Part shown: piece after piece, positions 1 to 9,598 of the stretch
Layout of the letters: every line of letters begins with the position of its first letter
Position numbering within the stretch: the first letter of the stretch is position 1
Assembly (NCBI GenBank): GCA_964372245.1
Contig: CAYJQE010000002.1
Span: forward strand, 206-64,205
DNA from: an uncultured Candidatus Saccharibacteria bacterium
GTDB lineage: Bacteria; Patescibacteriota; UBA1384; CAYJQE01
Direction: 5' to 3'
Length of the DNA stretch: 64,000 nt
The notes under the pieces: generated by a model
The model's input: only the letters and a program-made list of their open reading frames with translations
Databases searched by the model: none
What the model was told of the DNA's origin: nothing
Program-made: the position numbers and the translations under genes

Positions 1-5
1 GAAAT

Positions 6-1259
6 TTGTTAACGAGGCTCCTGAAAGGGAGTCTGATTCTGCTCCTCGGTCTCTTGATTACCAACTTGGCCAATTATCTTTATCAGCTGGCAATGGGGCG
101 ACTGTTGGGGGTTTCCGCTTATGGCGAGCTGGCCTCGCTCCTCTCTTTGCTGGTCATCGTTTCGGTTCCGGGCACCGCTCTTTTAACGATGGCGATGAAG
201 TTCGTTTCCGACTGGCAAGCCAACGATCTTCTTGGCGAGGCCCATACCTTTATGAGATCAGGCAGGCGGTATCTCGGTTTTTTAGCTATTTTGCTTATCT
301 TCTTCACCCTGACGCTGGCTCAACCGGTCGCCTCTTTTTTGAAGTTGCAGTCGTTGGCGCCGATCTATCTCTTGGGACCGATTCTCTCGCTCATTTTGCT
401 GGTTCAATTCAACCGAGGCGCGATGCAGGGTCTCCAGAAATTCGGGGCGACCTCGTTTAGCACCGCTCTCGAGTCGACTCTAAAGCTCGGTTTTGGCCTT
501 CTCTTTGTTTGGCTTGGTCTTTCGGTCTCGGGCGCGTTCGGCGCGATCCTCGCCAGTCTTTTGGTCGTCTACCTTCTCTCCTCTTTGCCGCTTGGGCCGA
601 TCAGTAAAGCGAGCGAGAAAAGGTTGTCCAAGAAGGCGATCTTTAATTATTCCGGCCCGGCTCTTTTGGCCGCTCTCTTGATCGCCTTGGCGACCAACGC
701 CGATGTCATCATAATCAAGCATTTTTTTGAGCCGGAATTGGCCGGTCTTTACGGCGCTCTTTCAACGATCGGCAAGATTCCCTTTTATCTTTCGGCGCCG
801 GTCGCGATGGTGATGTTTCCGATGATCGTTGATCTTTATGAACGACACGAGCGACATTTTCCCTTGCTGGTGCTGACCTTTCTCCTGACCATTTTGATCG
901 CTCTGCCGGTTCTGGCCGTCTTTGTCGCCGCCCCTTTTCTGATTGTCGGCCTGTTGTACGGTCAAGCCTATGTCGGGGCCGGACAATTTTTAGCTCTTTT
1001 CGGCCTGGCTCAACTCCTCTTCGCTCTGATGAATGTCTTTATCCAGTATTTCCTGGCGGTCGGAAAAAACTATCATTTTCTCTGGCCAATCGGTCTTTCC
1101 TCTCTGACAATGCTCTCCCTCCTCTGGTTTTACCACCCGGATTTTATGGTTGTCAGCCGAATTTTGGTCATCTCTTTCGCCATCGGCCTTGTCTTGATGG
1201 TGAGCTATTATTTGATCGAGAAACGAGAGACGATTCTCGCGACGCTCACGCGGAGCTAA
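6..1259 (+). CDS. Polysaccharide/oligosaccharide flippase (MOP/Wzx-like), ~12 TM; N-terminus may lie upstream of window
   Basis: 417-aa highly hydrophobic multi-TM protein with Wzx/MATE-like organisation. ORF opens with TTG at pos 6 next to window edge. Confidence 0.6.
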   Translation: MLTRLLKGSLILLLGLLITNLANYLYQLAMGRLLGVSAYGELASLLSLLVIVSVPGTALLTMAMKFVSDWQANDLLGEAHTFMRSGRRYLGFLAILLIFFTLTLAQPVASFLKLQSLAPIYLLGPILSLILLVQFNRGAMQGLQKFGATSFSTALESTLKLGFGLLFVWLGLSVSGAFGAILASLLVVYLLSSLPLGPISKASEKRLSKKAIFNYSGPALLAALLIALATNADVIIIKHFFEPELAGLYGALSTIGKIPFYLSAPVAMVMFPMIVDLYERHERHFPLLVLTFLLTILIALPVLAVFVAAPFLIVGLLYGQAYVGAGQFLALFGLAQLLFALMNVFIQYFLAVGKNYHFLWPIGLSSLTMLSLLWFYHPDFMVVSRILVISFAIGLVLMVSYYLIEKRETILATLTRS

Positions 1260-1377
1260 AGAGCCGATCAAGGTTTTCTTGCTCGCCTAAATGGACGGTC
1301 TGGATACGCGACATGACACCCCGTTTCATTGCCAGGATTGGACTGGAAGTGTCACGCGTGTGTTTACGCGCTATGGC

Positions 1378-1413
1378 AAGTTGATTTAGTCTGAAAAGTT
1401 GATTAGCCTGAAA
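1378..1413 (+). promoter_or_regulatory. Tandem direct repeat AAGTTGATT(T)AG(T/C)CTGAAA x2 in intergenic region upstream of the GT2 gene; candidate regulator binding site
   Basis: Two adjacent ~18-nt near-identical copies read directly in the sequence (aagttgatttagtctgaaa / aagttgattagcctgaaa), 105 bp upstream of the ATG at 1519. Confidence 0.3.
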
Positions 1414-1518
1414 GGGGTCCTGGTCTTGAGGTTTTGTCTCCGGTTGGAAAATCAATCCGCTTTGCCGATCGACCGAGATCTAACCAACCGACTGGCTGAT
1501 TAACTTAACTCTCCGCCA

Positions 1519-2304
1519 ATGAATCTCTCAATTGTCATCCCGGCCTACAACGAGGAGAAAAGCATCAAAGGAACGGTCGAGATTTTGACCGACGAGCTTG
1601 ATCGCCAGCCGATCGAGTATGAGGTTTTGGTTGTTTGCGACGGCAATTCCGATCGCACCCACGAAGCGGCGGTCTCGATCGGACATCAAAAGGTCCGGGT
1701 CTATCGCTATCAGCCGAATCAGGGCAAGGGCTTTGCTCTCAAGTTCGGCAGTCTGAAAGCCAATGGCGACCTGGTTTGTTTCTATGACGCCGGTGGCGAC
1801 TACAGTCCCGATCAGGTTGTTTTCTTTTATCACTTAATGAAAAACACCGACATAGACGGCGTTATCGGCTCGAAGAGGCACATCGGTTCGGTAGTTGATT
1901 ATCCAAAAATTCGTCGGCTCTACTCTTTTACTTATCAGGTTTTAGTTCGCCTTCTTTTCGGGCTCAATATCAGAGACACCCAAGTCGGCTTGAAGATTTT
2001 TCGGGCCGAGGTTTTAAGACGAGTTTTGCCAAGAGTCCTAGTCAAGCGCTATGCCTTCGATCTCGAGCTCTTGGTCGTTGCCAAAACTTTGGGTCATCGG
2101 AAGATTATCGAGGCGCCGGTCAAGATGGATTTTAACCAGATGGCGACTGGCATCACTCTCTTGACGATTCGAAATATGTTGAAGGACACCCTGGCTATCT
2201 TCTGGCGCGATCGGATTCTCCGCGACTACAGCCGCCGGTTTCCGGATAAAGGGATACCCGCGGCCGACGCGGCCACGGGTATCGAGGTGACGATTGGCGA
2301 CTAG
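1519..2304 (+). CDS. Family 2 glycosyltransferase (Dpm1/GtrB-like catalytic domain)
   Basis: N-terminal 'IVIPAYNEE' motif, DxD-type 'CDGNSD'/'YDAGGD', GT-A fold hallmarks. ATG start. Confidence 0.75.
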   Translation: MNLSIVIPAYNEEKSIKGTVEILTDELDRQPIEYEVLVVCDGNSDRTHEAAVSIGHQKVRVYRYQPNQGKGFALKFGSLKANGDLVCFYDAGGDYSPDQVVFFYHLMKNTDIDGVIGSKRHIGSVVDYPKIRRLYSFTYQVLVRLLFGLNIRDTQVGLKIFRAEVLRRVLPRVLVKRYAFDLELLVVAKTLGHRKIIEAPVKMDFNQMATGITLLTIRNMLKDTLAIFWRDRILRDYSRRFPDKGIPAADAATGIEVTIGD

Positions 2305-2324
2305 CTCGATCAGCTGAGAAAGCT

Positions 2325-3407
2325 TTAAGACCTTGATGCTGACTGGTCATCCCACCAAAGCTCGATTGGCTCTTTAGTCAGACGGAACTCAAGCGCTTGA
2401 CCGCCAGTATCAAGCCCGGCCTTGTTAAGGGCAAGCTTTACCTCATGGGCGCTATCGGGTGGGGCGAAAAAGGCGATAACGCCACCGCCGCCAGCGCCGC
2501 AGATCTTGGCGCCTTGAGCCCCAGCTTTGAGGCCGACCGTGATAAACTGGTCAATCAGATCGTTGCTGACTGATGGATGGAGACTAAGGTGAGCCGCTCG
2601 AGCCTCGTTCATAATTGGTCCAATCGCCAAGAGGTCGCCCTCTAAAAGGGCTGATCGCGCTTTACGGGCGCACTGGCTCATCTTCTGAAGGGCGGCCAAG
2701 ACTGGAGGATCTTGGTCTCTAATGCCCGTTGTCACCCGGTCGAGAACATTTTTAGCCGATCGAGAAATGCCGGTAAAGAAGAGAACCAGCCTTGATTCGA
2801 TCTGTTGGATGAGGCTTCTGTTGAGGGACAAGGCTTCTATCTCTAAGCCTTCGCCAACGATCCAATTGTAGAATTTCAATTCGCCAGAGATTGTCGGATG
2901 GTACTGATCTTGCCAGCCGTACCAGGAGTTAAGCGCTTCCTTTTCAGCCGAGATCGTCATCCGAGCCAAGTCGTGGTTTGTAAAACCGGTTTGAGTAACA
3001 ACATTGGCCATGGCGGCAGAGAGGTAGGCGACAGCTGAGCCGGTGCCCAGACCAACGCCTTCTGGCGTGAAAGTCTCGGTTGAGAACTCCAGATTGACCC
3101 GAGCTTCGTGGAGCCGAAATCGGCGAAAGATCTCAATCACCAAGCCAAAATCCTCATCGTCGGATCGAGCTTCTCTCGACCCGACAAAGATCCGACGCCT
3201 GAACCCTTCTTGAGTCCGGCCGCGCTTGGTCAAGTTAAAGACCGGCTCACCACTCGTTATTTCTAACCTTGCCTCGATGCAAATGGTTGTCGTGAGAGCC
3301 AAAACACAGGCTCCGTATTGGGCCGAATAACGGTGCTGATCAGACATTCCCGAGAACGGGTCAGCCCGAAGATTAACTCGACCGCATAGCGTTCTTCCTT
3401 TGATCAT
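2325..3407 (-). CDS. GHMP-family sugar kinase
   Basis: GHMP motifs 'GLGTGSAVAYLSAA' and 'ICGAGGGGVIAFF'. Start placed at internal ATG (3407) preceded by perfect SD AAGAGGTGA. Longer ORF to 3467 is probably a 5' extension. Confidence 0.7.
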   Translation of the reverse strand: MIKGRTLCGRVNLRADPFSGMSDQHRYSAQYGACVLALTTTICIEARLEITSGEPVFNLTKRGRTQEGFRRRIFVGSREARSDDEDFGLVIEIFRRFRLHEARVNLEFSTETFTPEGVGLGTGSAVAYLSAAMANVVTQTGFTNHDLARMTISAEKEALNSWYGWQDQYHPTISGELKFYNWIVGEGLEIEALSLNRSLIQQIESRLVLFFTGISRSAKNVLDRVTTGIRDQDPPVLAALQKMSQCARKARSALLEGDLLAIGPIMNEARAAHLSLHPSVSNDLIDQFITVGLKAGAQGAKICGAGGGGVIAFFAPPDSAHEVKLALNKAGLDTGGQALEFRLTKEPIELWWDDQSASRS

Positions 3408-3509
3408 TTGATCACCTCTTTCAATGTTCTTCGCCAGTTTCTGGCTAGATAGCAGCAATGCTAGCATGGGCGGTTAATCGGTGACAACAAAAATCGAGCG
3501 CGAAACGAT

Positions 3510-4610
3510 ATGAATAACATGAACTTTGGGCGAGAAATTGAAAGCGGTCTGCTAGAATACTGGTTTGTGCCAAACGGAAAGAAAAAGAGGCAGCCAGTTT
3601 CGGTCATTGTCGCTCTCCTCGAGCCGAACGACTATTTGAGGGAAACGTTTGAAGCGATCTCGAGGCTCAAGTTACAGCCGGCCGAGGTGATTGTTTTGCC
3701 TAACAGGAAACCTCCGGCCGCCAGAATCAAGAATCTGGAATTGAGAATCAAGAAAGAAGGAGGACCGCCTATTCGCTGGATCGCGACCGCTCGGTCCGAG
3801 CCTTCGATTAAGCGAAACATCGGGGTTCAGAAGGCGAAGTCGGAAATAGTCGCTTTTTTAGACGACGATTCCTACCCGGTTGATGGCTGGCTTGAGCGGG
3901 CCCTGCCTCACTTTAAAGACAAGCGGGTTGTCGGTGTCGGTGGGCCGGCAATTACCCCGGAGTCTGACGATTTTTTGAAGCAGGTCTCGGGCGCGGTTTT
4001 CGAGTCGTTTCTCGGAGGCGGGACGGCTCGCCACCGCTATCTCTCGCTCGGTCGGACCCGGCCAACCGACGACTGGCCGACCGTTAATCTTTTGGTCCGT
4101 AAAGAATCATTTACAGCGGCTGGCGGCTTTGATAAGAGATATTGGCCGGGAGAAGACACAAAACTCTGTTTTGATCTTGTAAAAAAAGGCGGACAGATTG
4201 TCTATCAACCAGACTCGATCGTCTACCATCATCGCCGGAGCGATCTTTCAAAACACCTTCGTCAAATCTTGCAATATGGCAAGCATCGCGGCCATTTTGC
4301 CCGACTTGGCCACCAAACCTCCCTCCGTTTTGGCTACCTTTTGCCAAGTCTCTTCCTGCTCTACCTAATTGGTCTCTTGATTCTTTTATTGGTCAGGTTC
4401 CCCCAAACTCCTTTGGCCCGACTCTTGACACCGCTTGGCCTCTACGGTCTGGGATTGATAATTGACGGCCTGATTACAACGATTCGTCATCGCCATATCC
4501 TGATCGGGCTTACGACAATAGTCATGATTCCGTTGACTCATATTTCTTACGGTTTGGGATTTATTCTTGGTCTGTTCCAGCCGCCGCCCCGATCAGTCAA
4601 GGACTACTAA
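3510..4610 (+). CDS. Family 2 glycosyltransferase with C-terminal transmembrane domain (CsbB/GtrB/ArnC-like polyprenyl-phosphate glycosyltransferase architecture)
   Basis: GT-A catalytic region ('VVGVGGPAITPESDD', 'FLDDDS') followed by ~4 hydrophobic helices at the C-terminus. Confidence 0.65.
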   Translation: MNNMNFGREIESGLLEYWFVPNGKKKRQPVSVIVALLEPNDYLRETFEAISRLKLQPAEVIVLPNRKPPAARIKNLELRIKKEGGPPIRWIATARSEPSIKRNIGVQKAKSEIVAFLDDDSYPVDGWLERALPHFKDKRVVGVGGPAITPESDDFLKQVSGAVFESFLGGGTARHRYLSLGRTRPTDDWPTVNLLVRKESFTAAGGFDKRYWPGEDTKLCFDLVKKGGQIVYQPDSIVYHHRRSDLSKHLRQILQYGKHRGHFARLGHQTSLRFGYLLPSLFLLYLIGLLILLLVRFPQTPLARLLTPLGLYGLGLIIDGLITTIRHRHILIGLTTIVMIPLTHISYGLGFILGLFQPPPRSVKDY

Positions 4611-4672
4611 TGAGCGGCGGAAAATCACGATTTAGCTTAAATAAAATACTGCTCCTCTTTTGCCAGATTGAC

Positions 4673-4700
4673 TTGACAAGGGCCGACCGATCCCTAGAAT
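4673..4700 (+). promoter_or_regulatory. Sigma70-like promoter (TTGACA-16-TAGAAT) plus AAGGAG SD for the downstream radical-SAM-like gene
   Basis: TTGACA at 4673-4678 and TAGAAT at 4695-4700. AAGGAG at 4726-4731 precedes ATG 4744. Confidence 0.5.
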
Positions 4701-4743
4701 TGGGATTGTGCGTCAATAACCCTAGAAGGAGTTTATTAGAATC

Positions 4744-6291
4744 ATGAAGGTTGTGGTTGGCTATCCGGCCATGCCCTCGGAGAAGGGGGCGGCTCTGATC
4801 TCTCAAAATCGTCAGTTTCAATACTTTAACGCCCCGACTTTTATCTTTCCGGTTGTGCCGGCTTATGCCGCGACAATGGTCAGAGGCGACGGCCATGAGG
4901 TGGTTTGGCTTGACGGCGTGGCCGAAGAGATGGATTATGATCAGTATCTCGCCGCCTTGGAAGAGGCCGATGCCGATATTTTGGCAATCGAGTCGAAGAG
5001 TCCGACGATTCGACGGTTCTGGAAGCTGATCAACTATGTCAAAGACCAGCCGGAGTTCAAAAAGCTGAAGATTGTTCTAATGGGCGATCATGTGACCGCT
5101 TTGCCGAAAGAGTCGCTTTTGAACTCGAGGGTCGATTTTGTTTTGACCGGCGGCGATTATGACTTCGCTCTCCGGAATTTAGTTCGGTTTCTCGAGGGCA
5201 AAGAGAAGCTTGAATCGGGGGTTTATTGGCGGAACCGAAAGACCGACAAGATAGAGACCAGCGGTAAATTTGAGATTACCCACCAACTGACCGAGCTGCC
5301 CTTAATGGACCGGGAACTGGTTAAGTGGCGGCTCTATTCCGAGGCGAACGGCAATTTTAAGCACCTGCCGGGGACCTACACGATGTTTGGCCGAGACTGC
5401 TGGTGGCGGAAGCCGAACGAGGACTCGGTCTCGAAGGGCGTTGGTTGCACCTTTTGCTCTTGGACCTCGATCTTTCCGAATTTTCGAACGATGAGCGTTG
5501 ATCAGGCGATCGCCGAGGTCAAAGAGTGCATTAGGCTTGGCATCAGGGAGATTTTTGACGACACCGGCACTCTGCCGATTGGACCCTGGCTGAAGGAATT
5601 TTGCGAGCGAATGCAGGCCGAAGGTTTGGAGAAACAGATCGTTATGGGTTGCAATATGCGGGCCAACGCTCTCAACCGAGAACAGTATCAGATGCTCGGC
5701 CGGACCAATTTCCGATTCATCCTTTATGGGGTTGAGTCTGGCTCACAGCGAACGCTTGACATGTTGAACAAGGGGACAAAATGGGACGATATCAAACAGG
5801 CGACCCAATGGGCGAAGGAGGCCGGTCTCGATCCCCATCTCACCTGCATGGTCGGCTATCCTTGGGAAACGAAAGAGGAAGCCCAATCAACGATCGATCT
5901 CGCCCGAGGGCTTTTTGACAAGGGCCATGTTGATACCCTTCAGGCGACGATCGTGATGCCTTATCCTGGAACCCAGCTTTACAAGCAGTGCGTCGAGAAC
6001 GGCTGGCTTCGGTTTGGCGAGACCGAGTATGAGTATCTCGATATGCGCGGACCGGCCATGATCAGCCCAATCCCCGACGACGAAATCTACGAGCTGACCC
6101 AAGAGCTCTATAAGGCTTTCCTGACGCCGCGCTACATCTGGCGGCGGCTCTCGACAATTCGCTCCTTTGACGATCTTCAGTTTATCTATCGGGCCGCCAA
6201 GCAGTTCTTTGGACACACGCTTGACTTTTCGGCTAGGGGCAACAAGAAGCTCCGAGCGGCGGAATTGGCCGAGATTCAGACCGGATTCTGA
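4744..6291 (+). CDS. B12-binding-domain / radical SAM-like protein (probable sugar C-methyltransferase or epimerase-type tailoring enzyme)
   Basis: 515 aa. N-terminal Rossmann-like B12-binding region, central Cys cluster 'DCWW...GVGCTFCSW' and TIM-barrel-like core typical of class-B rSAM. Canonical CX3CX2C not obvious. Confidence 0.5.
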   Translation: MKVVVGYPAMPSEKGAALISQNRQFQYFNAPTFIFPVVPAYAATMVRGDGHEVVWLDGVAEEMDYDQYLAALEEADADILAIESKSPTIRRFWKLINYVKDQPEFKKLKIVLMGDHVTALPKESLLNSRVDFVLTGGDYDFALRNLVRFLEGKEKLESGVYWRNRKTDKIETSGKFEITHQLTELPLMDRELVKWRLYSEANGNFKHLPGTYTMFGRDCWWRKPNEDSVSKGVGCTFCSWTSIFPNFRTMSVDQAIAEVKECIRLGIREIFDDTGTLPIGPWLKEFCERMQAEGLEKQIVMGCNMRANALNREQYQMLGRTNFRFILYGVESGSQRTLDMLNKGTKWDDIKQATQWAKEAGLDPHLTCMVGYPWETKEEAQSTIDLARGLFDKGHVDTLQATIVMPYPGTQLYKQCVENGWLRFGETEYEYLDMRGPAMISPIPDDEIYELTQELYKAFLTPRYIWRRLSTIRSFDDLQFIYRAAKQFFGHTLDFSARGNKKLRAAELAEIQTGF

Positions 6292-6377
6292 TTTTTGATC
6301 AAGGTCCGTTTAAGAACCGCCCGATCAAGACGGTCGCCTCTGTTCGGGGCGCCTATTTTTGGTTATGCTAGCCGAGT

Positions 6378-7463
6378 GTGAAAAACTCGCGCGTTTTGCC
6401 GACGATTTCGATTCTGACCGCGACCTATAACTCGATTCGGACCCTGCCCGATTATCTCAAGGCGATCGAGCTTCAAGATTATCCAAAGGGGCGGATCGAG
6501 CTCTGTTTTGGCGATGGCGGCTCAACCGACGGGACATTGGAGTTTCTGAACAGAATCAGGGCCGAAAAGACCGATCGCTCGACGCCCGATGGTCAAGCGA
6601 ACGGTTTTCGGGCGGTTAGAATTGTTCACAATCGGTTGAAGACCGGCGAGAGCGGCAAGGCGGCGGCCTTGAAAGTCTCAACCGGCCAGTATGTCGCCTT
6701 GGTTGATTCCGATAATCTTTTGCCGACAAAGGACTGGCTGAAAGAGATGATCAGGCCGCTTGAAGAGGATCAAGAGCTGATTGGCTCGGAGCCGCTTGGC
6801 TATAGCTATCGGCCTTTCGATCCGGCCCTCACTCGCTACTCGGCTCTCCTTGGCATGAACGACCCGCTTGTTCATTTTCTCGGCAATTATGATCGGTTCA
6901 ACACTCTGACCGGCCGTTGGACCGAGTCGCCCCTTGATCTCCTTAAAGAGACCGAGAGCGAGATAATCATCGGTCTCAAGCCGGAAAACTTGCCGACGAT
7001 TGGAGCCAACGGCACCGTCCTGCGTCGAGAATTGATGCTCAAAATGGTTGGCGATTCCGATTATCTCTTTGACATTGACGAAATTGCCAAGCTGTCGGCT
7101 CTGGGCCGGAACAGGTTTGCCAAGGTCAAAAACGAGATCGTCCATCTTTATGCCGGCGACCTGAAAACCTTTGCCCGGAAGCAAAATCGTCGGGTGAGAG
7201 ATTTTTTCTATTATCGAAAGGCTGGCGTTAGACATTTTACCTGGGGCGGGCCTTCGAGGTGGCGGTTAATCTATTTTGCTTTCGCCTGTCTGACCGTCGT
7301 CCCGCTCCTTTGGCAGGCGGCCAAAGGCTATCTCAAGAAACCCGATTCGGTCTGGCTTCTCCACCCGATCTATTGCGAGATTACCTTTTACGTTTATCTC
7401 GCCGGCTTTCTGAAAAGTCTGTTCAGGCCGGAGATCGCCTCAAGAGAGACTTGGAGCCAGTGA
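6378..7463 (+). CDS. Family 2 glycosyltransferase with C-terminal TM helices (polyprenyl-phosphate sugar synthase-like)
   Basis: 'ISILTATYNSIRTLPDYL...CFGDGGSTDGT' GT2 N-terminus and 'LVDSDN' DxD. Hydrophobic C-terminal ~70 aa. GTG start. Confidence 0.7.
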   Translation: MKNSRVLPTISILTATYNSIRTLPDYLKAIELQDYPKGRIELCFGDGGSTDGTLEFLNRIRAEKTDRSTPDGQANGFRAVRIVHNRLKTGESGKAAALKVSTGQYVALVDSDNLLPTKDWLKEMIRPLEEDQELIGSEPLGYSYRPFDPALTRYSALLGMNDPLVHFLGNYDRFNTLTGRWTESPLDLLKETESEIIIGLKPENLPTIGANGTVLRRELMLKMVGDSDYLFDIDEIAKLSALGRNRFAKVKNEIVHLYAGDLKTFARKQNRRVRDFFYYRKAGVRHFTWGGPSRWRLIYFAFACLTVVPLLWQAAKGYLKKPDSVWLLHPIYCEITFYVYLAGFLKSLFRPEIASRETWSQ

Positions 7464-7603
7464 ATTTCCCCGATCGTGTTCCTTGAAAGACTCGGCGGAA
7501 AATCTTTTTTTTGTCCCTCGCTCGGCCGTTTTTGACTGAAGGATTTGAATGTCTGGACCAAATCATTGCCGTCAAAAACAATATCTGACAGGATGGCAGA
7601 CGG

Positions 7604-8839
7604 ATGGTTGAAGCGGAGAACTATCAATCCCAACCGGCTCAAGTTTCCGATCTTGGTTTTCGCGTTGCCAAACTCGAAGCCGAACTTAAGGTCTTAAGAA
7701 TCGAACTTGCTCGGCGAGAAATTGAGGCTGGTTCGGATCTGGGGACGGTCTTGGTTACCGGCGGCGCCGGCTATATCGGATCTCATACCGTCCGTGAATT
7801 GCTCGAAGCGGGCTTTCAGGTTGTGGTTTTTGATTCACTCTTTTGGGGTCATCAGAAATCAATTCCCGAGAAAGTCAAGTTTGAATTTGGCGATATGAGA
7901 AACCGAGCTCGGCTCGACGAGGTTTTTAAGAAGCACAGGCCGAAGTTCGTAATCCATTTTGCGGCGAGGCACGAAATTCCCGATTCAGTCAAAAATCCGG
8001 CCGAGTATTTTGAGGTCAATCTCTCCGGCGGCCTAAATCTTCTGGATACGATGAGGGCTCATCGGGTGAGGTTTTTGGTCTTTTCTTCGAGCGCCGCCGT
8101 CTATGGCGAGCCGAAAAAGATTCCGATTTCGGAAGAAGAGGCCGGCTCGCCGGTCAATCCTTACGGTTGGACGAAATGGGCTTTTGAAAGGGCTCTTCAA
8201 GCCTATGACGCGGCCTATGATCTAAAATCGGTCAGCCTGCGTTACTTCTGCGCCGCCGGCGCTCATCCCGACGGGACGATTGGCGAGGATCACCCGACCG
8301 AAAACCATGTCATCCCGATCCTTTTTCAGGCCGCGATTTTAAAGAGGGATAAGTTTAATATCTATGGCGTCAACTGGCCAACGCCGGACGGCTCGCCGAT
8401 CCGGGATTATGTTCATGTCGTCGATCTCGCCAGAGCCCATCTGAAGGCTCTCCGCTATCTGGAAGACGGTGGCCAGACCGATGTCTTTAATGTTGGCACT
8501 GGACGAGGCTATTCCGTCAGAGAGCTGGTCAACGCCGTCAAGGAGCTGACCGGTCGGGATTTCCCGGTCGTTTCAGCCGAATCCCGGCCGGGCGATCCGG
8601 CCAGACTGGTTGCCGACGTTTCGAAGATCAAGCGCGTTCTGGGTTGGCAGGCCGAGTATCAAGATGTCAAGTCGATTATCGAGACCGCTTGGCGCTGGCA
8701 CCAGAGTCATCCCGATGGCTATCAAGATCGAGGCGAGCTGTTGGACGCTAGTCAAATAACGAGGAAAAACCAATTGCCCTTGTCCGATCAGATCGATCGG
8801 GGCCAAACCGCAAAGCTTGATCAAAAATTAAACGTTTGA
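7604..8839 (+). CDS. galE: UDP-glucose 4-epimerase (extended SDR) with ~45-aa N-terminal coiled-coil-like extension and C-terminal tail
   Basis: 'VLVTGGAGYIGSH' Rossmann motif, catalytic 'YxxxK' region ('PYGWTKWAFE'), GalE-like throughout. 411 aa vs ~330 typical. Confidence 0.8.
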   Translation: MVEAENYQSQPAQVSDLGFRVAKLEAELKVLRIELARREIEAGSDLGTVLVTGGAGYIGSHTVRELLEAGFQVVVFDSLFWGHQKSIPEKVKFEFGDMRNRARLDEVFKKHRPKFVIHFAARHEIPDSVKNPAEYFEVNLSGGLNLLDTMRAHRVRFLVFSSSAAVYGEPKKIPISEEEAGSPVNPYGWTKWAFERALQAYDAAYDLKSVSLRYFCAAGAHPDGTIGEDHPTENHVIPILFQAAILKRDKFNIYGVNWPTPDGSPIRDYVHVVDLARAHLKALRYLEDGGQTDVFNVGTGRGYSVRELVNAVKELTGRDFPVVSAESRPGDPARLVADVSKIKRVLGWQAEYQDVKSIIETAWRWHQSHPDGYQDRGELLDASQITRKNQLPLSDQIDRGQTAKLDQKLNV

Positions 8840-8863
8840 TAGCGTTTTATCACCAATCAAGCG

Positions 8864-9598
8864 ATGAAGGCCTTAATTTTAGCGGCTGGCGAAGGGACTC
8901 GACTTCGGCCGCTGACTGAAACGACCCCCAAGGTTATGGTCCCGATTGGCGGAAAGCCTGCCTTAGAGCATATCATCGCTCTCTGTCGAAAGCACGGCAT
9001 TGTCGAGCTCGCCCTGAATCTCCACTATCTGCCTGACCAGATAACCGACTATTTTGGCGATGGCTCGAAGTTTGGGGTCAAAATCCGGTATCTCCACGAA
9101 GCCGAACTCTCGGGTGACGCCGGGCCGATCAAAAAACTTGAAGACTATTTTGAAGACACCTTTCTTGTCATGACCGGCGACAACCTGACGACCGTTGATC
9201 TGACAAAGATGGCCGAGTTTCATCGTCAAAAGTGGGGTTTGGCGACCGTCGCGGTCGTTCAAGACGATGACCGAGAGAGCATTAAAAGGCGAGGCTGCGT
9301 CCTCCTCGGAGACGATGGCAAGATCTCTCGTTTTGAAGAAAAACTGGCCCGACCGTTTAGCAACTTGGTCTCCGGCCATATCTGGATTTTCGAAAATCGG
9401 ATCTTCGACTATATCCCTCGAGACAGACACTATATGATCGGTTATCAGCTTGTGCCGGAGCTCTTTCGGAGCAACGAGCCGATCTATGGCCATCTTCTCT
9501 CAAATAACGAGTATCTTGAAGATTTTGGCACAATTGAACGCTATCAAAAATGTCTCGATGATTTTCCGAGCTTAGCGAGCGCTCTTTACTCTGGTTAA
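8864..9598 (+). CDS. Sugar-1-phosphate nucleotidyltransferase (HddC / mannose-1-P guanylyltransferase-like)
   Basis: 'MKALILAAGEGTRLRPLTETTPKVMVPIGGKP' NTP-transferase signature. 244 aa. Confidence 0.75.
   Translation: MKALILAAGEGTRLRPLTETTPKVMVPIGGKPALEHIIALCRKHGIVELALNLHYLPDQITDYFGDGSKFGVKIRYLHEAELSGDAGPIKKLEDYFEDTFLVMTGDNLTTVDLTKMAEFHRQKWGLATVAVVQDDDRESIKRRGCVLLGDDGKISRFEEKLARPFSNLVSGHIWIFENRIFDYIPRDRHYMIGYQLVPELFRSNEPIYGHLLSNNEYLEDFGTIERYQKCLDDFPSLASALYSG

Noticed and set aside
119-1455. Several 60-100-aa ORFs antisense to or overlapping the first flippase gene (119-307, 480-722, 762-986, 990-1271, 1246-1455)
   Set aside because: All lie inside or opposite a well-supported multi-TM gene, are Arg/Lys/Gln-rich low-complexity translations typical of wrong-frame reading of GC-rich DNA, and carry no motifs.
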